DNA from: Parcubacteria group bacterium
GTDB taxonomy: Bacteria; Patescibacteriota; Minisyncoccia; Phycocordibacterales; Phycocordibacteraceae
Direction of reading: 5' to 3'
DNA: 64,000 nt
NCBI GenBank assembly: GCA_028286605.1
Contig: JAQBRE010000002.1
Span: 191,720-255,719 of the forward strand
In this document: positions 57,991 through 64,000 of the stretch, one piece after another
Layout: each line of letters opens with the position of its first letter
Numbering within the stretch: the stretch's first letter is position 1
Made by a program: the position numbers and the translations under genes
Notes under the pieces: generated by a model
Seen by the model: the letters and a program-made list of their open reading frames with translations, nothing else
Told to the model about the DNA's origin: nothing
Databases searched by the model: none

Positions 57991-58748
57991 TGAAGCATAT
58001 TGTTTTTATAACTGATTGCAGTGATATTGCATACAGCGAACTACGTGGTACAGCATTGAGCGAATTAGCTAAACTAACAGCACAAGACAATATCTCTATT
58101 GAGCCTGTTGTGAGCGTTAAACCATTTTCAATTCTAAATGGAAACTTCGTTCTCCGTCTTATGGCCGAATCGTATCCGGAAGGTACCGTCTTTTCTGTAA
58201 TTCTTAACCCTTCAAAGAATCGTCCAGAACGCCTTTTAGGACGAACTAAGAAAAATAACTTTCTATTTGTCGGCGCTAACACCGGAGTGTTTGAATGGTT
58301 CCTTAGAGATTTTGGTGTCGCCGAACTGTATGAACTTAAGGATCCAGGTTTTCTGCCATTTGGTGGAAAATACGTACATGCTCCCGCTGTGGCTAAATTA
58401 GCTAGCGGTATTCCACCTGCTGAACTCGGAAATCCATTTCAAGTGAGTGGTTTGCGTAAACTAGAAATACTTCCTGGAACTATCGTGCATGTTGATAATT
58501 TTGGACTAATGAAATTTAATACCGTTTTACCGAAATTTGAAGAAGGGGCCCGACTGCGTATAACCGTTAAGGGACTTTCTATCCCGGCTGTGTATTCAAC
58601 ACGAATGATGAATCGAGAAACAGGAGAATGGGTTATCTATCCAGGCAGTTCTCTTGGATTACCGGAGCTAGGGAAAGTTCGTCAAAACGGAGCATTAGAG
58701 CTGGGAGTTGCGGAAGGTGATCAAATTTTCATCGAGATCGAAAAATAA
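57987..58748 (+). CDS. DUF62 / SAM hydroxide adenosyltransferase (fluorinase/chlorinase superfamily)
   Basis: The N-terminus IVFITDCSDIAYSELRG is ITDFG-like. The IVHVDNFGLMKFN region matches the DxFGN motif. Confidence 0.65.
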   Translation: MMKHIVFITDCSDIAYSELRGTALSELAKLTAQDNISIEPVVSVKPFSILNGNFVLRLMAESYPEGTVFSVILNPSKNRPERLLGRTKKNNFLFVGANTGVFEWFLRDFGVAELYELKDPGFLPFGGKYVHAPAVAKLASGIPPAELGNPFQVSGLRKLEILPGTIVHVDNFGLMKFNTVLPKFEEGARLRITVKGLSIPAVYSTRMMNRETGEWVIYPGSSLGLPELGKVRQNGALELGVAEGDQIFIEIEK

Positions 58749-58749
58749 A

Positions 58750-58784
58750 GACCCCTGCGGTGTTGTGCAGGGGTCAGTTTTGTT
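58750..58784. terminator. Bidirectional rho-independent terminator
   Basis: Hairpin GACCCCTGC-ggtgttgt-GCAGGGGTC followed by AGTTTTGTTG. Confidence 0.6.
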
Positions 58785-58792
58785 GCAAGCTC

Positions 58793-59356
58793 TCACGTTG
58801 TGCTCAGGAAAAAGACACTGAAGGGTGGAAGTGCTTGCCGAGCAGCCAGGTAGAAGTACTCAGACCGGATGCCCGCAAGAAATCCATTCAAGCCGAATTT
58901 TTCCATCGCTACGCGAATTACGTGCAGATGCCACAGAAATCCGATTATCTCGGATGATCGGAGATCGTCTATAGTCCCCTTGCTTTTAGGTAACAGTTTC
59001 AGAAACTGGGAAGTACTAAATTTTAAGCTGTACTGTAAGTACTCCCAGTACTCTGATACATCAACGAACGTCGACACTAGATATACTTCATCGAATTGTA
59101 GCTGTGGCAAATTAGTCAGATATTCTTGACTGATTTGCGACTGCTCTTCATCAGTGCGCGAGTACAATATCAAGGGCCAAATATCGTCTACCAATCCCAC
59201 AACTTTGACTTCAGTGATAGCATTTTCACCGATTAGTGATTTTGCTGCTTGTGGATAGGTAGCCAAATAAGGCTTTGGTGCACCACGAGCCCAGACACTG
59301 AAACCTAGGCGTTGTAATGGTACGATTGGTACTGTGTATATCGAGGAGGTAATCAT
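58793..59356 (-). CDS. Hypothetical protein (ORF opens at 59449; likely start MITSSIY)
   Basis: ORF with no recognised motif, convergent with DUF62 and downstream of tyrS. Confidence 0.4.
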   Translation of the reverse strand: MITSSIYTVPIVPLQRLGFSVWARGAPKPYLATYPQAAKSLIGENAITEVKVVGLVDDIWPLILYSRTDEEQSQISQEYLTNLPQLQFDEVYLVSTFVDVSEYWEYLQYSLKFSTSQFLKLLPKSKGTIDDLRSSEIIGFLWHLHVIRVAMEKFGLNGFLAGIRSEYFYLAARQALPPFSVFFLSTT

Positions 59357-59369
59357 GACGATAACCCAC

Positions 59370-60617
59370 TCACAGGATCGAATGGTCGATTTTAAAGAAC
59401 ATACGTCGACCGACACGAACTCGCCATCCACCTTCAGGCACCTGATCATCCTGCTTAATTAGCACGGAATCAGTGACAGATCGAACAGCGTTTTGCTCGA
59501 AAAGGCGCCGTAGTGCTGCCTTGCTTTGGAATTTACCGCTTGCATAGAGCGCAACGAGCGCTGTTGCTCCCGGCTCAACATTTAGTTGAACGTAATCATC
59601 ATCGTGGATAACTTGCTGAGAAAAGAGACGCTCGAAAGTATCGCGTTCCCGCAAGCCATCGTCAGGGTTTTTCGTTTCGAGGCTTGCGACAACGGTTGCA
59701 AGTTGCTTTTTAGCCTCAAACGGGTTCGCCTCAACGAAAATTCTGAGTTCATCAAGCTCACGCTGATGGACATCGGCAAAGCTTAAAAAATATTGGAAAA
59801 TGAGACGATCGGGGATCGACATGATCTTTCCAAATTTATCAGCTTGGCTTGAATTTACCGCGATATAGTTGTTGTAGCTTTTGCTCATCTTTCTGCCATC
59901 ACCACTAGTACCTTCGATGATGGGGGTCATAAGAATGACCTCTTCCTCTAACCCAGCATTCCGCATAATAGTCCGGCACTGCTGGAAATTAAGAAGCTGA
60001 TCTATGCCCCCGACTTCTACGTCGGTTTGCAGATGAAGCGAATCGATTCCCATTAGAACGCCATAGCAAACCTCAGCCAAGGACACTCCTTGTCCTTTTC
60101 TGCCTCGTTCCCGGAAATCCTCCCGCTGGAGGGCCTCTGCGAGGTTTAGTGACTGAAAGATGCCGAAAACATCACTGAGTGACATGGGATTTAGCCACGT
60201 CGTGTTGTGATGAATGGACACTTTTTCGACAGAAAGGTACTTCCCAATCTGGGACACATAAGTCGTCTTGTTTTCCGCGATCTTTTCAGGAGACAGCGGG
60301 ACTCGACCGGTGTCACGCTCAGTCGGATCGCCAACTCGAGCGGTAAAATCACCGATGATAAGGTCGACATGGTTACCGGTTCTCGCAAAAATATTCAACA
60401 CGAGAATTGGCACTACGTGCCCCAAATGAACATCTGTGGCAGTTGGATCAATACCGAATTTGACGCGCAACTTTCGTTGGTCGAGCAAGTGCCGCAAGCG
60501 CTCTTCAGTGATTATCTGTTGACACTTTGGCTGAAGAAAACCGACAATCTCATCAGCTATCATTCCTTCCCAGTTCTCAATGGCCCGGGCAAGGAATTTC
60601 TGGTCAAAACGAATCAT
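59370..60617 (-). CDS. tyrS: Tyrosyl-tRNA synthetase
   Basis: Has class I HIGH (TATDVHLGH), KMSKS, and a C-terminal S4-like domain. Confidence 0.85.
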   Translation of the reverse strand: MIRFDQKFLARAIENWEGMIADEIVGFLQPKCQQIITEERLRHLLDQRKLRVKFGIDPTATDVHLGHVVPILVLNIFARTGNHVDLIIGDFTARVGDPTERDTGRVPLSPEKIAENKTTYVSQIGKYLSVEKVSIHHNTTWLNPMSLSDVFGIFQSLNLAEALQREDFRERGRKGQGVSLAEVCYGVLMGIDSLHLQTDVEVGGIDQLLNFQQCRTIMRNAGLEEEVILMTPIIEGTSGDGRKMSKSYNNYIAVNSSQADKFGKIMSIPDRLIFQYFLSFADVHQRELDELRIFVEANPFEAKKQLATVVASLETKNPDDGLRERDTFERLFSQQVIHDDDYVQLNVEPGATALVALYASGKFQSKAALRRLFEQNAVRSVTDSVLIKQDDQVPEGGWRVRVGRRMFFKIDHSIL

Positions 60618-60840
60618 TTGTTTGCACCTTTCGTGCTGGGTTGCTGGTTAGAAGCCTAATGACTTGTACATACTTCTAAGCACCAGAAAAGCACAAATTA
60701 ACATTTCTGTCAAAATTCACATAATTATTTAATCGTTTGAAATACTAACATTTTCACTTTGTTTTCGTGTCAACTGGCTATATCAGTGTATTTTCATAAG
60801 ACAGCTATTCTTTTAATTTTTCTAGTTTAGAATTAAAGAA

Positions 60841-61008
60841 ATGGCTTGGGATAACTATTTAAAAGCAATGAGTAATAGGAAGTGCCGACTTCTCTTGAAA
60901 GAAACACTTCTGTATGTTTATAAAAGTGACAGATTGCTTGCCTTAGATTTAGACACGGAAGTAAGCTTCTGGAGCATCCAGGCAGGCGGGTTCATCGCGG
61001 ACGAGTAA
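60841..61008 (+). pseudogene. Chimeric gene remnant: methyltransferase N-terminus fragment fused to ABC-transporter C-terminus fragment
   Basis: The 55-aa ORF MAWDNYLKAMSNRKCRLLLKE...ALDLD parallels the N-terminus of the methyltransferase at 62107. Its end VSFWSIQAGGFIADE parallels the last 15 aa of the ABC transporter (LWSIQAGGFIADVEE, nt 56546-56596). Confidence 0.55.
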
Positions 61009-61017
61009 AATAATCCT

Positions 61018-61494
61018 ATGCCAAAGAAATACACGGATGAGGAATACCAGCGAATCCTGCCTAGAAAGCAGGTCGGTACAGCAGTGTTGTTCTTCAATAC
61101 AAAAGGCGAGCTACTTATCGTCAAACCAGATTATAAGGATAACTGGCTCGTGCCAGGCGGTTCTGCTGATGAGAACGAGTCTCCGTTAGAGTGTGCAATT
61201 CGAGAAACAAAAGAGGAGATCGGATTTGAGTTTCAAGAACTTCCATTAATCGGCATCTACTATGTGCATGCGAAAGGATCGCATGCAGACCATATAAAGT
61301 TTCTCTTTCACGGAGGAGTGCTGAGTGACGTTCAGATTTCCTCGATCGTCTTGCAAGCAGACGAACTCGAAGAATTTACATTCCTTTCAGTACAGGATGC
61401 GTTGCCGCTTTTATCCGGAAGCTTGCAAGCAAGTATTCCGATGTCTCTGGACGCATTTCAAAACAAAAGGATCGGATATAAGGAAGCGAATTAA
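61018..61494 (+). CDS. NUDIX hydrolase
   Basis: Has the Nudix box GGSADENESPLECAIRETKEEIG. Confidence 0.8.
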   Translation: MPKKYTDEEYQRILPRKQVGTAVLFFNTKGELLIVKPDYKDNWLVPGGSADENESPLECAIRETKEEIGFEFQELPLIGIYYVHAKGSHADHIKFLFHGGVLSDVQISSIVLQADELEEFTFLSVQDALPLLSGSLQASIPMSLDAFQNKRIGYKEAN

Positions 61495-61499
61495 TCCTT

Positions 61500-62096
61500 A
61501 TGGATACGAGCAATGCAGCTTTTTTCATCATTCCTGGATTTAAGGATCAAGTGAAGGATACTCAATACAAGTGGCTCGTTTCACACCTTAAAGACAAAGG
61601 CGTAACTGTTATGCAGACTCCTGTGGAATGGAATAATAAGACGCTATCGCAAAACGCTGCTGAATTCGTAACGTATTTCAACACCAATCAGAAAAAGGAA
61701 AATTACATACTTGGTTTTTCACTCGGGGCAGTACTAGCTCTCATGACCGCAAACCTGCTGCTTCCCAAGAAGATATTCCTTTGCTCGCTGAGCGCGGTCT
61801 TTGCTGAAGACCTGAAAGCCATTGATGCATCTTTTGCGGATTATGCAGGAAAGAGACGACAAGCAGACTTCGCGACTCTAAACGGAAGAATGCTTGCAAA
61901 GAATCTTAAGGTACCGGCAGTCGTATTCTATGGCGAGAAAGAAATAGAGGAATTTCCTAAGCTAAAGAATAGGTGCGAGGAAACAGTACGTCTCGCGAAA
62001 GATGCAAAGCTGGTTATGGTGAAAGATGCACCGCACCAGATAGATTTCCTTGCATACAAAGAGGCAATTAAAAAAGTTCTAAATGGAATAGTTTAG
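61500..62096 (+). CDS. Alpha/beta-hydrolase fold protein
   Basis: Has the nucleophile elbow GFSLG and a C-terminal His context DAPHQ. Confidence 0.65.
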   Translation: MDTSNAAFFIIPGFKDQVKDTQYKWLVSHLKDKGVTVMQTPVEWNNKTLSQNAAEFVTYFNTNQKKENYILGFSLGAVLALMTANLLLPKKIFLCSLSAVFAEDLKAIDASFADYAGKRRQADFATLNGRMLAKNLKVPAVVFYGEKEIEEFPKLKNRCEETVRLAKDAKLVMVKDAPHQIDFLAYKEAIKKVLNGIV

Positions 62097-62106
62097 AATC
62101 AAATGA

Positions 62107-62676
62107 ATGTCTTGGGATGATTACCTAAAAGCAACGAGCAATAGTAAGTGTCGACCTCTTCTTAGAGAGGCTTTTCAGTATCTTAAAAAGACTGACAGAG
62201 GAAATGCTTTAGATTTGGGAGCTGGGGCACTGGGAGACACCAGCTTCCTTTTGAAGGCAGGATTTACGGTGATCGCCGTAGACAGTAATCCTAAAATTCT
62301 GGAATACTCCAAACCGCATGAGAATCTCTCAGTGGAGATTAGTTCCTTTGAGAACTATTCTTTTCCTGAGAATTCATTTGATTTAATAAATGCTCAGTAT
62401 GCTTTGCCTTTCAATAAGCCAGAAACATTCGAATCAGTTTTTCAAAAGATGATTCTTTCCATGAAAGACAGCGCTATTTTTACGGGTCAGCTATTCGGTA
62501 CCGAAGACGGGTGGGCAGAGAAGAAAACTATGACATTCCTTTCTGCAGAGCAAGTAAATAAATTAATGGAGAACTTTAAGAAAGTACACGTTTTACGTGA
62601 AGAAAAGAAATTAGGTCCTACGGCAACAGGAATAGACAAGTTTTGGCACGTATTTCATATAATTGCAGAGAAATAG
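62107..62676 (+). CDS. Class I SAM-dependent methyltransferase
   Basis: Has motif I ALDLGAGALGDTS and motif II-like VIAVDSN. Confidence 0.75.
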   Translation: MSWDDYLKATSNSKCRPLLREAFQYLKKTDRGNALDLGAGALGDTSFLLKAGFTVIAVDSNPKILEYSKPHENLSVEISSFENYSFPENSFDLINAQYALPFNKPETFESVFQKMILSMKDSAIFTGQLFGTEDGWAEKKTMTFLSAEQVNKLMENFKKVHVLREEKKLGPTATGIDKFWHVFHIIAEK

Positions 62677-62760
62677 TTATTTTGTGAAGAATACTTTCAT
62701 CAGTTGTGCGAATGACACATTTTACAAAACAGGCTGGCAAGTACGTTATTATTAGGAGGT

Positions 62761-63774
62761 ATGATTCCTCTCGACAGGAACGAGAACTATTGGCTCCTTG
62801 ATGACGAGCTCTTATCTGCGTGCAAACAATACGGAACAGATGCACTGGCTACCTATCCGCACTATGACCAGTTGCGATCGGCACTCGCTTCATATGCAGG
62901 CGTTGATGCGTCCTCAATCATTCTTACTCCTGGTTCCGATGCGGCCATTCAAGAATTAGCGCGTGCGTACGCTGGGGGAGGGAAGAAAGCTCTTTTACCT
63001 GTGCCGACCTTCTATGGATATGAATCAGTACTAGAACGCGTGGGCGCTCATGTCATTCCCGTAGCCTATGGTGAAGAGGAGGGAGTTTTTCGTTTCCCGA
63101 TAGAGGAGACATGCCGACTGCTTACGGCCGAACGTCCTGACGTCTTGTTCCTGTGCAATCCGAACAATCCGCTCGGATCCCCGATCCCCGATGCCGATCT
63201 TGAACGTTTACGCGTCGCCACGCTGGAATCAGAAACCTTGCTAGTAGTGGATGAAGCCTATTACGAATATTCGGGACGAACGCTCATTGATACTTTTAAT
63301 GATTCTCCGAATTTGGTGATACTGCGCACCATGTCCAAAGGGTTCGGTATACCGGGCGCACGCATTGGTTATTGCATCGCGCACGCCGAGGTAAAAGAGA
63401 TATTAGGGAAGCTCATGCTTCCGTGGCCCGTCGCTCATACGAGCGTGTTTGCTGCACTTGCACTACTCGAGCGTGTTGCTGCTGTATCAGCGCGGCGCGA
63501 AGAGACTATTCGCGAGCGAGAACATTTCAGCGATGAACTAAAGAAGCTGCCAGGATTTGTCGTGCATCCATCCGAGACGAACTTCTTACTTATACATGTC
63601 GATGATGCCGCTCAAATTGCTGCGAAGCTGGCTTCGCATGGGGTGGCAGTCGCAACCGGCGACTGGATGAGTCGCTATCCCGAAGCAAAGAAACTCCTTG
63701 ATTCCACATTGCGTATCGCCACCCCCTCGCCAACCGATAGGGAGCAGGTACTTGACATATTACGTAATATATAG
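62761..63774 (+). CDS. PLP-dependent aminotransferase, class I/II (HisC/CobD-like)
   Basis: Has the PLP-lysine context MSKGFGIPGARIGY and NPNNPLG. Confidence 0.8.
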   Translation: MIPLDRNENYWLLDDELLSACKQYGTDALATYPHYDQLRSALASYAGVDASSIILTPGSDAAIQELARAYAGGGKKALLPVPTFYGYESVLERVGAHVIPVAYGEEEGVFRFPIEETCRLLTAERPDVLFLCNPNNPLGSPIPDADLERLRVATLESETLLVVDEAYYEYSGRTLIDTFNDSPNLVILRTMSKGFGIPGARIGYCIAHAEVKEILGKLMLPWPVAHTSVFAALALLERVAAVSARREETIREREHFSDELKKLPGFVVHPSETNFLLIHVDDAAQIAAKLASHGVAVATGDWMSRYPEAKKLLDSTLRIATPSPTDREQVLDILRNI

Positions 63775-63786
63775 TATGTTATTCGA

Positions 63787-64000
63787 CATGAATACAGAAC
63801 CCGAAGAGAGCGTCTCAGAACCAAGCGCATCAGCGCGCCTTTTCAGCTTCACTCCGTTCGCCTCTGCGACAGTGCTTGAACGATTCCGTAAAATAAAGAG
63901 CGCTCGCTGGGGCGCCCTACAAGCGGAAACTCTCTTGAAACTTTTTACGCGTGCAGCAAAGCATGTGCCTGCGTATACCCGCTTCCTGAAGGAAGCGGGT
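63787..64000 (+). CDS. 5' part of an ORF running off the window (possibly an adenylate-forming/phenylacetate-CoA-ligase-like enzyme; weak)
   Basis: Open frame from the ATG at 63787 to the window end. Its N-terminal sequence ...KHVPAYTRFL is the only hint to function. Confidence 0.35.

Noticed and set aside
60618-60840. T-box riboswitch leader upstream of tyrS.
   Set aside because: The conserved T-box sequence and specifier-loop context were not found by eye on the tyrS strand. The region appears to be simple AT-rich promoter DNA.

Overview
The window looks like a small-genome, Patescibacteria/CPR-like bacterial chromosome segment, mostly ordinary housekeeping genes. The largest feature is a complete type IV pilus locus at about 17-29.7 kb, divergent from comFC, in the order pilM-pilN-pilO-(small membrane protein)-pilB-(CheY-like regulator)-pilT-pilC, then three tandem major-pilin paralogs, pilD and four minor pilins; a fourth pilin sits separately at 52 kb. 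Other housekeeping calls are smpB plus an adjacent tmRNA, ftsH, recG, a malic enzyme, tatA/tatC, ligA-gatC-gatA, cfa, tyrS, and several two-component and ABC-transporter genes.

The unusual content is a set of three LAGLIDADG homing-endonuclease ORFs, each lying directly beside a stable-RNA gene. One abuts the 3' end of the tmRNA, one sits immediately upstream of tRNA-Ser(GCU), and one (carrying an N-terminal HTH) is divergent from a tRNA(CAU) gene. That tRNA(CAU) gene is split in its anticodon loop by a group I intron of about 218 nt whose core resembles the Azoarcus tRNA-Ile intron. There is also a tRNA with a UAU anticodon.

Further candidates worth a second look:
- a compact flavin redox module behind an ECF sigma/anti-sigma pair: an FMN_bind protein with an SGAS flavinylation-type motif, ApbE, and a membrane protein that appears to fuse an NqrB/RnfD-like domain to an FNR-like domain;
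- an oxidative-folding island (DsbA x2, VKOR, PAP2) flanked by two near-identical Prx5-type peroxiredoxin paralogs;
- a membrane-anchored protein with an Rx4H HEPN-like motif;
- a phage tail-fibre-like gene pair;
- an AT-richer gene block (about 56.6-62 kb) bounded by a chimeric junction pseudogene made of a methyltransferase N-terminus joined to an ABC-transporter C-terminus.

All functional calls are from motif recognition by eye; no searches were run.
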